28,263 nucleotides of DNA, taken from positions 1 to 28,263 of IMG/VR virus record IMGVR_UViG_3300020045_005882. One strand, 5' to 3'. The notes under the pieces are model-generated. The model was not told where the DNA came from. It did not search any database and saw nothing but the letters and a program-made list of their open reading frames with translations. Each line of letters starts with the position of its first letter. Position 1 is the first letter of the stretch. This document shows, piece by piece, positions 7,835 through 16,756 of the stretch. The position numbers and the translations under genes were made by a program. Origin of the DNA: a virus. Taxonomy: Duplodnaviria; Caudoviricetes.

Positions 7835-9781
7835 GAGAATCTTTGCAAAACCACTATAAACAAAGTCTAGGTCAAAAGCAGCACGGTTATTAACAGTAGT
7901 TTGCTTGTAACCTTTAAGAATTAACTTAGTCAGTTCAACCTCAATAGTGTTACCGCTTGTTCCGTCTTGCTTAAAGTTAAACCAAAATTCCTGTCCAAGA
8001 CTATCCTCAGTATTAAACTGAGTAACGATATTAGTATTTGCTTCGGGTTCTAGGATAGTAATTGTAACACTACCAGCTTTGGCAGCAATATCCCAAGTAT
8101 CTTCACAGCCAGTCATAACACGTTGATGCTCAAAACCATCAATATTAGTAGCGGTAAGTTTACTAAAGCAAACGTTATTAAGAATAAGTCCTGAACCAGT
8201 TGCTTGCAAAGAAGCATTTCTTACGTTCTCAGCTTTGGTTACAAAAGCAGCATCAGCTTTTTGTCTAGTAATAGGGTAACTAAGTTCCGCAATATTAACA
8301 GTATCATAAATGTTACCATGATAGTTAAAGGCAACTTTAGGACGTTGACCAATTTCAATAGTTAAGTCTACAGTAGCAACCGCATCAGTAATGATAATAG
8401 CCTTCTGTAAACCAACTAATTTATCAGAAGATTTTCTTACATGAAGTGTCATAGTTTCTGAACTAGCAAACTCATTGGTAAACAACAGTTGTGAAACTAC
8501 AGGGATAAGGTCAGCAGTTGTAATAGGAGTTTGCACAACTGTATTGGCAGAAGTAGCATAAGTCTTAGCAGCCGTTGTACCTGTGGTAGCTAACGCTGGT
8601 AACAATAACTGTTTAGCTTCTGCTTGTAAGTAGAAGTCTCTAATCTTATCAAACATTGTTTGATATTCTTGTTGGACTGCGGTGTTTGTATTAGTAATAG
8701 CATCTACTAAAGCAGAGTCGAGTGTTGTACCTAGTGTAGCTACATCTATCAAATCAACAGCCGCTTTAACAACAGCATCATCGATGATAAGGTCAGCAAC
8801 TAGAGCCGCACCAGTAGGGTCTCCGATTAAATTAACCAACAAGTTATGCCAAAGAACTTTAATACCATTCAAGGTAGTAGTTGTTCTAGCAATAATATCG
8901 GCAGTGTTAGCTCTAGCTGTAACTAAGTTAGCTAGTAAAGCCGTAGTAGCCGCATTACCAGTAGCACCTAGGTCAAGTAAGTCTAACTTTAAGGCTATTC
9001 TTTGTGCATTTAGTAAATTGTTCTCTGTCCAGTTTGTTTCAGTATATGTATCCTGTAGCTTAGCCTCTGTTCTTATATACAAATCATACAAAGCATCTGT
9101 GATTGATAACCCAGCATCTGCAATTACATGAAACTTTCCAGCTTCCATAAAAGGGATAAAAGGGATAGTAGCTAAAGCACCCGTTGTTTGGTCATTAACA
9201 TTTAAAGAAGCTTTAGCAGCTTGAGTACCTCCTAAAGTTAAGCTAGTTACATTTGTGTTAGCAGTTAAAGCTGTTGCTAACATAATAGAACCATCTTCTG
9301 TACTTATAGTATAACTAAATCCAGCATTGGGTGTTCCTATGAAGGTTGAATGTCCTTGAGTAGCACTACCACCATATAAGTAAGCTAAGAGTTCTTCAAT
9401 AACTTGATTAGGAGTTGCCAAACTTGTCATAGTTTGAGTAACACCAGCAAAGATAAGCGTACCACTAGAGATACTATCCAATACTTGTAACCAAGCTGTC
9501 TCATACCCATAGATGGGTCTTCCGAACAAACTACCTAATCTTGGTAAGATTGTTTCTAACTTAACATCAGCAAAACGGTCTGTTATGGATAGAGAGGTTT
9601 CTCTCTGCATGACATTACCAAGATACTGGTCTTCTTGAGAGGTTATGTTATCATCAAACGATAACGTAAGTGCAGCTAAGGCTTGACTTGAGGAGATAGA
9701 TTCTGGAATACTAGAACCTCCTGTTTGTTTTGCACCATAGATAGCAACTGCTTTTTCGGTAAAGTTTACTGTACTAGCCAT
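7826..9781 (-). CDS. Major tail (tube) protein with two large insertions
   Basis: Position after the tail terminator gene. N- and C-terminal parts fit the ~310-aa tube family (AIYGAKQ...QYLG...; AVATVDLTIEIGQRPKVAFNYHG; GSVTITILEP; QDGTSGNTIEV). Total length 651 aa. Confidence 0.85.
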   Translation of the reverse strand: MASTVNFTEKAVAIYGAKQTGGSSIPESISSSQALAALTLSFDDNITSQEDQYLGNVMQRETSLSITDRFADVKLETILPRLGSLFGRPIYGYETAWLQVLDSISSGTLIFAGVTQTMTSLATPNQVIEELLAYLYGGSATQGHSTFIGTPNAGFSYTISTEDGSIMLATALTANTNVTSLTLGGTQAAKASLNVNDQTTGALATIPFIPFMEAGKFHVIADAGLSITDALYDLYIRTEAKLQDTYTETNWTENNLLNAQRIALKLDLLDLGATGNAATTALLANLVTARANTADIIARTTTTLNGIKVLWHNLLVNLIGDPTGAALVADLIIDDAVVKAAVDLIDVATLGTTLDSALVDAITNTNTAVQQEYQTMFDKIRDFYLQAEAKQLLLPALATTGTTAAKTYATSANTVVQTPITTADLIPVVSQLLFTNEFASSETMTLHVRKSSDKLVGLQKAIIITDAVATVDLTIEIGQRPKVAFNYHGNIYDTVNIAELSYPITRQKADAAFVTKAENVRNASLQATGSGLILNNVCFSKLTATNIDGFEHQRVMTGCEDTWDIAAKAGSVTITILEPEANTNIVTQFNTEDSLGQEFWFNFKQDGTSGNTIEVELTKLILKGYKQTTVNNRAAFDLDFVYSGFAKILLK

Positions 9782-9933
9782 TAGTTAGACTCCTTAATAA
9801 GGTCTTCTGGTTTAATTTCTTTCTCAGAAGAAGCTAAAGGTGCTTTACCACTTTTTAACTTCTCATCGGGTTTAAGTTCTCTAGGAACTATAATTACTTC
9901 CTTTTGTTTTGGAAGTCTTACGGTAATAGCCAT
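9781..9933 (-). CDS. Small Lys/Glu/Pro-rich hypothetical protein (50 aa)
   Basis: MAITVRLPKQKEVIIVPRELKPDEKLKSGKAPLASSEKEIKPEDLIKESN. AAGGAG SD; its TAA overlaps the tube ATG (TAATG) and it fills the gap exactly. Confidence 0.75.
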   Translation of the reverse strand: MAITVRLPKQKEVIIVPRELKPDEKLKSGKAPLASSEKEIKPEDLIKESN

Positions 9934-9943
9934 TAGGTTCTCC

Positions 9944-10390
9944 TTATGGGTTAAAGTTTAAAAGATTATCAAAAGTAAATCCAAAGACAAGTTTAGTAAT
10001 GATTCTACCATTGTCTGTGATAAAGTCTCCGTTTATAGCTGTGAAACTTCGGAAGTTTTGTTCAGTAGATACAAACTGCTGAGGTTGATACGCATGAAGA
10101 GCTCTCCAAAGTTTTTGTAAACCTACTTGATAGATAAAGATATTATTATTATCATACATAGTAGCAGAATAAACAACATCAATAAACATAACACATTCGT
10201 TGTCTATCTCAGAGGCACTACTTTGTAAAATTTCACTCTCTTTAGCAGGTATAAGACGGGAATAACAAACTTCCATAATTGGTAAGTCATCTTCAAAAGA
10301 TAAACCAATTTGGAACAAGCGGTTAGCAATATCTGTTTGAATACTTAACGTAGTTTCAAGATAGTTAGCAAGATGCTTTAAGTCTATCAT
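9944..10390 (-). CDS. Putative tail terminator/completion protein (gpU-like)
   Basis: 148 aa acidic protein upstream of the tube; 'DLPIMEV' and 'LWRALHAYQP' patterns; synteny. Confidence 0.6.
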   Translation of the reverse strand: MIDLKHLANYLETTLSIQTDIANRLFQIGLSFEDDLPIMEVCYSRLIPAKESEILQSSASEIDNECVMFIDVVYSATMYDNNNIFIYQVGLQKLWRALHAYQPQQFVSTEQNFRSFTAINGDFITDNGRIITKLVFGFTFDNLLNFNP

Positions 10391-10704
10391 ACTAGGTTTA
10401 CCAAGTTAGCGGTTATACGAACCCAACCATAAACATCTGGGATAGGACGTTGTGCAATCTTCCAACTAAAGACTTTATTAACTACCGTTGTTGTGAAAAT
10501 ATCATCTTTAACAATTTCAAAGTTATTCCAATCTTCTTGAGTAATTTGCCAATAGAAGACTATAGCACGATGGGATAGTGCATCTACTTCAAAGTTTATG
10601 TTAGTAAAGTCTTCTCCGTTGATACCTTTAATTGTGAAAGTTGGAAATGTTAAAACTATTCCAAAAACATCTAACTGAATCTTTTTATCTGCTAAGGTTT
10701 CCAT
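10387..10704 (-). CDS. Putative head-tail joining protein (gpFII-like)
   Basis: 105 aa beta-rich protein ending RPIPDVYGWVRI, typical of FII-like stoppers; ATGA overlap with the next gene. Confidence 0.6.
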   Translation of the reverse strand: METLADKKIQLDVFGIVLTFPTFTIKGINGEDFTNINFEVDALSHRAIVFYWQITQEDWNNFEIVKDDIFTTTVVNKVFSWKIAQRPIPDVYGWVRITANLVNLV

Positions 10705-11360
10705 AAGTCTTTAAGTCTTTGGTCAAAGTTAAATGCAGTCTTTGTTCTTTTACTATTTAATAAGTAGGCATTTGGTATACCATACATTTGAGCTATCTCA
10801 GTACGTTTACCACTTACCCAAGTATGCTCATGAAGTCTAATAAAGATTTTACCTTTAGTTCCTTTAGGTATGAAACCTTTGATACGTCCTTTAGCTCTTG
10901 GGGTAATCCCGTCCCTAGCAACCGCATATATACTATCTCTACTCTTTCTACCAATTACAGCTACTTGCTTACGTTGTCCTTTTAGAACTGCCGCTCTGAC
11001 TATCCTATACTTTCCACCAGATACACTACCAAGATGTGTATCATATTCAAAGCTGGCTAATTTATTCTGTTCAACTTTCAAAGTTATATTAGCTAAAGTC
11101 CTAACAGAGTTTCCCTCTAAGATACCTTTTGCAGTTCCTTTCATTAAAGCACTCATAGTAACAGTCTTTGCAAACTCCTTTGGACTTCTTTTTGTATATA
11201 AATTAGAAGCAGCTCTACACCAATCATTTTTAAAAACAACTAAGTTCTGATTAAACCTTTCTATTTTTAAAGATGATTCGAGATTTTGAGTTAACCATTT
11301 AGTAAGTTCACCTTTATTAGACCTTCCAGATGGTTGTATTGGTATTACTAGATTGCTCAT
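10692..11360 (-). CDS. Putative minor tail/neck protein (gpZ-like)
   Basis: Highly basic; 'KGFIPKG...IFIR...RTEIAQMYGIP' resembles gpZ C-termini. Start taken at ATG 11360. Confidence 0.6.
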   Translation of the reverse strand: MSNLVIPIQPSGRSNKGELTKWLTQNLESSLKIERFNQNLVVFKNDWCRAASNLYTKRSPKEFAKTVTMSALMKGTAKGILEGNSVRTLANITLKVEQNKLASFEYDTHLGSVSGGKYRIVRAAVLKGQRKQVAVIGRKSRDSIYAVARDGITPRAKGRIKGFIPKGTKGKIFIRLHEHTWVSGKRTEIAQMYGIPNAYLLNSKRTKTAFNFDQRLKDLWKP

Positions 11361-11371
11361 GTTAAATTCCA

Positions 11372-11415
11372 ATAAAGGTGTGGACGAACTTAGGGAGATA
11401 AGCTAAGCCGTCCAC
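11372..11415 (-). terminator. Stem-loop after the major capsid gene (terminator or mRNA stabiliser)
   Basis: - strand GTGGACGGCTTAG-CTTATCTCC-CTAAGTTCGTCCAC followed by ACCTTTATT; the U tract is weak. Confidence 0.55.
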
Positions 11416-11442
11416 GGTTTTCACAGCCTTACAACTGTAACT

Positions 11443-12705
11443 TTACAAAGTAGCAGTAGGAGCAGTAGAACATACTTTCCAACTAACTACAGTATCAATG
11501 TCAGTATGACCTAACAAGAAACTGGAGTGAAGTTCCCACTCTGTATAACCTGTTTTAGTATTACCCCATTGATTAACCCAACGTTTAGCAGGAAGCCAAG
11601 CCGCTTTAGGGTGCATAATACGACCGTAGATTTTCTTACCATAGCTTCTACTAGGTAAGGCTACTACATAACCATCTGGAAAATACTTAGTTCTAACACC
11701 AGTATCAATGTTATCATAAGTACCACTGTAGCCAAAGATAGGAACAGTCATACCAACGTCATCTAGCATATAACCACGCAAGAACCAGCCTTGGAAGTTA
11801 TGAATCATATCCAAGATAGGGTTGGTAATTCTTGGAGTAGCATTCTTTGTTAAGTCCCACAAGTCTTGGTATTTAGTACCTTGTAAAGCAGCCTTATACC
11901 AAGCCCAAGCATCATCACTCATAACAAAAGCTTCGGTAGAACCTGCACGATAAGAACAGATTCTATCCATTCTACGAACTTGTTCAACTGGGTCAACTAC
12001 GGAAACAGGTGTTACAGTTGCAGGAGTTCCAGAGGTATTATCTTTAGCATCCCAAGACAAGCCACCACCAACATCGGTTGAAGTATTAGCTTTCAAAGTT
12101 GTTAAGTTTACTTCTGGAATCCAATCATTGTAGACTGATGCTACATTAGCATTACGAGAAGCTTGAGTAGTAGCAGAACTATTAGTTAAAGTAGTTCTTC
12201 CCCAGTCGAAAGTAACTAAAGGATGCTGTGCATTATTACCAGAGATAGCAGTTGTATAACTACCATATACTAATAAATGTGTGGCACATAATTCTTCTAA
12301 GTTCTCAATACTCTTCTCAGCTCTATCCATATCTTTTGCAAGAATTATGTCATAGTTAGCTTGGAAGTTTTGTTCTGCACCGAAAGGTTGTCCAAACATT
12401 CTTTGAGAAATCTCAGTTAAGTCAGGACTTTCAACAGCAGCCTTAGCATAACCAAAGGTCATTTCTTTTGTACCAAAGTTAGGATGGGCAAACTTAGCAG
12501 CATCTACTGTCGGGGCTACGAAACGTGCAATTAAGTTAGTTGCCCCAAATTCATAATCAATATTGATTCTATCTTTAGTAGTTGTAACTTCTTGCCCAAA
12601 CCACTGTGACATAGCCAAGGGTCTTGGCAAAGGGTTTGCTGTGATTGCACCATCTAAAGTAGGTAAGCCACTTTGGTAAGGTGTCATTAAGATTAAATCA
12701 GCCAT
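11443..12705 (-). CDS. Major capsid protein, lambda gpE family
   Basis: 420 aa; 'IARFVAPTV', 'IENLEELCATHLL..G', 'VTFDWGR', 'KYFPDGYVV', 'YGRI' fit the gpE family; follows the gpD-like gene. Confidence 0.92.
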   Translation of the reverse strand: MADLILMTPYQSGLPTLDGAITANPLPRPLAMSQWFGQEVTTTKDRINIDYEFGATNLIARFVAPTVDAAKFAHPNFGTKEMTFGYAKAAVESPDLTEISQRMFGQPFGAEQNFQANYDIILAKDMDRAEKSIENLEELCATHLLVYGSYTTAISGNNAQHPLVTFDWGRTTLTNSSATTQASRNANVASVYNDWIPEVNLTTLKANTSTDVGGGLSWDAKDNTSGTPATVTPVSVVDPVEQVRRMDRICSYRAGSTEAFVMSDDAWAWYKAALQGTKYQDLWDLTKNATPRITNPILDMIHNFQGWFLRGYMLDDVGMTVPIFGYSGTYDNIDTGVRTKYFPDGYVVALPSRSYGKKIYGRIMHPKAAWLPAKRWVNQWGNTKTGYTEWELHSSFLLGHTDIDTVVSWKVCSTAPTATL

Positions 12706-13490
12706 TATACTAACTCCTCACCCGCTGTAGGTGTTACGATTTCAAACTCAGTACTCTCAACATACATCTTACGAAGTAATGGAGTTACTGCACCAGTATT
12801 GTAGGCTGTACAAGCTACAGTAGTAGCATCTGCTTTAGTAATAACATCAACAGCAACATCTACACCCCAGATAACTTCACTTTCATAGGCATAAACTTCT
12901 GTATACATAGTTGTAACTACATCACCAGAAGTTGCATCAACATCCATAGCTAGAATACCAGAAGGTTTCTGGAAAGTAGTTGAACCAGCAACAGTAGTTA
13001 CAGTTTCGGTTAAAGAAGTATTGGTACCTGTAACTGCAAAGTCTGTTACATTAGTAATACCTGTTGTAGCATAAGCCCAAAGTGTAGCAGTACTAGATGG
13101 GTCAGCTACTAATGTCCAACCAGATAAAGTACCAGTTACAACTGCAAAGCCTACATTTGCTCCAGTTACTAAAGCAGTAATAACTTGTGCAGCAGTAACT
13201 ACACCACCAGTAGCCGTTACTGTGAGACCACCAGCAATTGCTGTATCTGTATCTGCTAAAGTACCGCTAAGAACAAGTTTTGCATACTCAGAGATGTTAC
13301 CGCCAGCAATCATCTTTCCAGAAGCATTACTTTTAACAAAGCTTCTAGCTTTTAAGACTTGACCAGAAGCAACTGTGATAGTTTCTGAGCACTCAGGAAC
13401 AAAAGGACGATTTGTGGTTCTTAAAGGGTAGTTCTTGAAGCCAGCATCTTGTTGATGCTCCCAATAACCCATTGTATGTGGACTTTCCAT
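12705..13490 (-). CDS. Head decoration protein (gpD-like) with an inserted ~105-aa domain
   Basis: Between protease and capsid. 'TITVASGQVLKA' and 'PSGILAMDVDATSGDV' are the two halves of a gpD-type protein, separated by a Thr/Gly/Ala-rich insert. Confidence 0.85.
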   Translation of the reverse strand: MESPHTMGYWEHQQDAGFKNYPLRTTNRPFVPECSETITVASGQVLKARSFVKSNASGKMIAGGNISEYAKLVLSGTLADTDTAIAGGLTVTATGGVVTAAQVITALVTGANVGFAVVTGTLSGWTLVADPSSTATLWAYATTGITNVTDFAVTGTNTSLTETVTTVAGSTTFQKPSGILAMDVDATSGDVVTTMYTEVYAYESEVIWGVDVAVDVITKADATTVACTAYNTGAVTPLLRKMYVESTEFEIVTPTAGEELV

Positions 13491-13831
13491 TAGTTAGCTC
13501 CTTGTTGTTTTAAGAAATCAGGAACATAGTGTTCAGAAGCACCAGTCGCTTTTTCGGAAGTTTTGCCAAAAGGTACTACAGAAGTATCAATTGTCTGAGC
13601 CGCATCTTTCTCAGCTTTAATAGAAGTAAAGAAGTCTACAACATCTTCAACATCCCATTTAGCTTTATTGATAGCTTTAATAGCGGTTTCATGGTCTAGG
13701 CTAAAAGTCTTTGCAGCTTCTAAGATACCTATTGTACGGTCTCTTTCTGCTTTAGTAGCTAAAGCAGAAGCTTGTTTCACCTCAGTTTCTAATTCTGAGA
13801 TTTTTTTCAATGCGAGTTCTAACTCAGTCAT
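13490..13831 (-). CDS. Nested in-frame scaffolding protein (Nu3-like internal start)
   Basis: Strong AAGGAG SD before the internal ATG at 13831 (MTELELAL...). 'AERDRTIGIL' resembles the Nu3 motif. Confidence 0.65.
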   Translation of the reverse strand: MTELELALKKISELETEVKQASALATKAERDRTIGILEAAKTFSLDHETAIKAINKAKWDVEDVVDFFTSIKAEKDAAQTIDTSVVPFGKTSEKATGASEHYVPDFLKQQGAN

Positions 13832-14626
13832 TGTGTTTTCTCCTTGCTCTACTTGAGCAGATAGGGTTGGTAAATCATTTTCTGGTAAATCTAAGGACTT
13901 ACCTGATAATTCTAGTGTTGGGGTAAGTTCGTTAGCCCCGAATAGTACAGCACTGTTTTCTAAGATATCCACTTTAGTAACTGCCCAGAACATACCATGT
14001 TGGTCTGCTTGGTCTTTATTAATAATATCTGGATAGTATTTATCCCAAACGTCTTTGTAGGAAACATCTTCTGGGTCAGAGGAATCCAAAGCTAGTCTAA
14101 TCTCTTGGTACTTTAACCCAATACTATGTTGGTTAATCTTACCATTACCATAGAACTTAAACACATCTTCATTATAATCCTTACGGATTAATGTTTCAAA
14201 AACAAGGGCAGTGGTACTTCCTTCTTGGGAAAGTCCTAAGTCTTTTAGATTAAGTTGTTCAGTATAGACTTTTTGGACATCACCGACAAAAGAAGTAACA
14301 CTATGCTTATGGTCTAAAATATGTGGAATTGATATTCCACGTTTCAAGATACTTGCTTTATATGAATCTGCAGTAAGAACATCACCTTGAGAGTCCATCC
14401 AGTTAGCCGTGTTTGCTACTACCTTTACAAGTAAGGTATCTGGTTCGATAACAGGTTCGGTTAGAATATCCCCAGTTGCTTTAGTAGTATTCTCTTTTGG
14501 AGTTACACGCTGTAAGATTTCTGGTGACGCTACACAACTATCCGCAAACTTAACTTTCAGTGTTTTTTCCTGAATAAGTCTAGTTTCATTAGCTTTAAGT
14601 TGTGCAAATAGTTCTTTACGGTTCAT
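13490..14626 (-). CDS. Prohead protease (HK97-type) fused to a scaffolding domain
   Basis: DSQGDVL, ILDH, FVG, HSIG and ILENSAVLFGAN are HK97/S78-type protease motifs; followed by a helical C-terminal region. Confidence 0.88.
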   Translation of the reverse strand: MNRKELFAQLKANETRLIQEKTLKVKFADSCVASPEILQRVTPKENTTKATGDILTEPVIEPDTLLVKVVANTANWMDSQGDVLTADSYKASILKRGISIPHILDHKHSVTSFVGDVQKVYTEQLNLKDLGLSQEGSTTALVFETLIRKDYNEDVFKFYGNGKINQHSIGLKYQEIRLALDSSDPEDVSYKDVWDKYYPDIINKDQADQHGMFWAVTKVDILENSAVLFGANELTPTLELSGKSLDLPENDLPTLSAQVEQGENTMTELELALKKISELETEVKQASALATKAERDRTIGILEAAKTFSLDHETAIKAINKAKWDVEDVVDFFTSIKAEKDAAQTIDTSVVPFGKTSEKATGASEHYVPDFLKQQGAN

Positions 14627-14646
14627 AAAATTCTCCTATGGTGTTT

Positions 14647-14673
14647 ATTATAGCATAAGTATGGAAAAGTAAA
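14647..14673 (-). promoter_or_regulatory. Extended -10 promoter upstream of the protease/capsid genes
   Basis: - strand TGCTATAAT in a 55-bp intergenic gap, followed by AGGAG SD. Confidence 0.55.
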
Positions 14674-14681
14674 GAAGTTTT

Positions 14682-16130
14682 TTATGGAGCAGCCGTAGTT
14701 GCTACTGCCTCTTGTGAACTCGGTTTTGCTGTACTGTTAGCTTGCATTAGAAGTTCATAAAGTCCCATTTCTTTCATAGTAGCAATACTTGCTTCTATCT
14801 GTTCACGGGTATATCCTCTCTCTGCCCATATTTGGTCTATAGGAGTAAAACCACTAGCTATTTCAAGTAAGTCTGCCTGTGCATCTTTTAAGTCATCAAC
14901 CCCATACCATCTAGGTAAGATAAAACTAGGTTTAGCATTGGCAACTTTATACTTAAGTTTTGCATAGGATTGAAAACGATTAACTAAAGGTTTCATTTGT
15001 GTAGGGATAGTTATCATATTATATATGAACTCTATTCTATTTCTCCATTGGATAAGAATTGCTCTTATACTTGAGAAGTCCATACCAGAAGTATCACCTT
15101 TTAGTTCAAAGTAGGGCATATTGAGTGCTGCTGCTACTAACTCAAGCTCACTCTTTATCATAGGAACTAAGTTATTGCCAATGTCGGTGCTTTGGACTTG
15201 CTCAAGTCTTTCACCTGTTGCTAAATAATGCACGTTACCACTTGCAGACCTAAAGATAGTTTGTTTATCAGGGTCATTAAGGTCTTTCTTTCCTTGAACG
15301 GAGACACTACCAACTGGGGTTCTTAGTAAAGATGAACCTTCACTTGAAACTATCCAGCTAACTGCACTAGCATTAGTTTGTTGTTTAATTGTGGCATCGC
15401 AAAGGTCTTCGAGCGCATAGATAGTTATAAGACAACTTGTTAAAAGTGGAACTCCTATCCATTGGTTAGCATTCTTTCTTTCAAAGCAATTAATAATATC
15501 ATTAGCATCAATTATTTCTCTTTTCCAACCATCTTTTATCGGTGCAGGTTTAATACTAAAGTAACCTTCTTTGAAGAAGTGATAAGCTAATGGTTTAGTA
15601 TTTTGGAAAGTTATACCGTACTTTGTTACTAAACCGTTTTGATTAAGATTAGGATTATCCATACCTGTATAGTTAATATCCCAATACTCCGCTGGAATAC
15701 CTTGGAGTTTTAAAGGAATTGGATGTTCAGTAACTACAGTGTGAAGTCTTGTAAGTGCCTTACCAGACGCAAAGCGTTCATGATTACAAGCTACTTGCCA
15801 AGTATCAAGATTACCAAAGCCATCTAGCATTGGGTTATCTGCCCAGCTATCCCATAAGTCTTGCATGATGTCATGTTTACTGCCATCAGGAGAGTTCCAA
15901 GTAACCTTTATACTTCCTAACTTGGTTGCATACTTGTCTTGCGCAGAAGAAGCTACGGCGTTATTACGGCACATATAGCGACTTCTGGCAATTAGGAATA
16001 AAATCTCACTAACCCCTAGGGTGTCTGCGTCCCCTATACTAGCCTGTCGGTGGGCTAGGGAGTATTCTGTACTAGCTGCGGCATAGTTGGTTTGGTATAA
16101 GTCTTGGACTATGAAAGTTGTGTCCGTCAT
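14682..16130 (-). CDS. Portal protein, lambda gpB family
   Basis: 'LIARSRYMCRNNAVA', 'QWIGVPLL', 'YFELKGDTSGMDFSSIR', 'VDDLKDAQA'; follows gpW. Confidence 0.95.
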   Translation of the reverse strand: MTDTTFIVQDLYQTNYAAASTEYSLAHRQASIGDADTLGVSEILFLIARSRYMCRNNAVASSAQDKYATKLGSIKVTWNSPDGSKHDIMQDLWDSWADNPMLDGFGNLDTWQVACNHERFASGKALTRLHTVVTEHPIPLKLQGIPAEYWDINYTGMDNPNLNQNGLVTKYGITFQNTKPLAYHFFKEGYFSIKPAPIKDGWKREIIDANDIINCFERKNANQWIGVPLLTSCLITIYALEDLCDATIKQQTNASAVSWIVSSEGSSLLRTPVGSVSVQGKKDLNDPDKQTIFRSASGNVHYLATGERLEQVQSTDIGNNLVPMIKSELELVAAALNMPYFELKGDTSGMDFSSIRAILIQWRNRIEFIYNMITIPTQMKPLVNRFQSYAKLKYKVANAKPSFILPRWYGVDDLKDAQADLLEIASGFTPIDQIWAERGYTREQIEASIATMKEMGLYELLMQANSTAKPSSQEAVATTAAP

Positions 16131-16411
16131 CAAAATCTCCTATTAACTACTAAAGGAACGCTTGCTCCAGTTCTATAAGTAACTTGGGAAGTAGCCTCTA
16201 AAGTATCAATAGTCTCAAGAAGCTCTCTACGCATTTCTTTCAAATCAGCTAAGCTAAGTTTTTGATAGTCATAGACTCTTCGGAACTCCATTGAACCTAT
16301 TTCTAATCGTTGAATCATCTTACCAGAGAGCATTAAGTCAATGGCGGCATTAACTTTAGCCAAGTCAGCATAAGCTATAGTAAGTTTTTCTTGTCTAGTT
16401 ATTGTTGGCAT
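16130..16411 (-). CDS. Head completion protein (gpW-like)
   Basis: 93 aa directly upstream of the portal; helix-hairpin-helix pattern AAIDLMLSGK...YQKLSLADLKEMRREL. Confidence 0.8.
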   Translation of the reverse strand: MPTITRQEKLTIAYADLAKVNAAIDLMLSGKMIQRLEIGSMEFRRVYDYQKLSLADLKEMRRELLETIDTLEATSQVTYRTGASVPLVVNRRF

Positions 16412-16420
16412 ACTTATCTC

Positions 16421-16579
16421 CTAGCTTGGTAAAGACCAAAGATTAATCGGAGGCAATACTAAATCCGACCAACTTAAATTTATTTGTTCAATTTTACCAC
16501 ACTTCTTACAAACTATCTTATTATTTTCTTTAATAAAAATATGACACACATGGAAGTCTTTTGAATCCATACTACTCAT
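16421..16579 (-). CDS. Small hypothetical protein, possible Zn-ribbon
   Basis: ATG 16579 lies 1 nt after the upstream stop; contains CH...CKKCG. Confidence 0.6.
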   Translation of the reverse strand: MSSMDSKDFHVCHIFIKENNKIVCKKCGKIEQINLSWSDLVLPPINLWSLPS

Positions 16580-16580
16580 C

Positions 16581-16748
16581 TTAACCCTCAGAAGCTCCAA
16601 CACCTACAAACAAAGCAATAGCTAGTAAAGAACCTGCATTTACAATATCGGCTGGTATAGCTGGGAGATGGTATAAAATTACGGTTGCAAAACCAATAAT
16701 AGCAGTCTTAGTTGATTTTTCTTTAAGTCTTTCTTTTAGGTAGTTCAT
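16581..16748 (-). CDS. Putative holin (55 aa, two hydrophobic segments)
   Basis: Not in the ORF track. MNYLKERLKEKSTKTAIIGFATVILYHLPAIPADIVNAGSLLAIALFVGVGASEG with AGGAG SD. An 'ERLKExST' N-terminus is typical of small phage holin-like proteins. Confidence 0.7.
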   Translation of the reverse strand: MNYLKERLKEKSTKTAIIGFATVILYHLPAIPADIVNAGSLLAIALFVGVGASEG

Positions 16749-16756
16749 GTTTTCTC

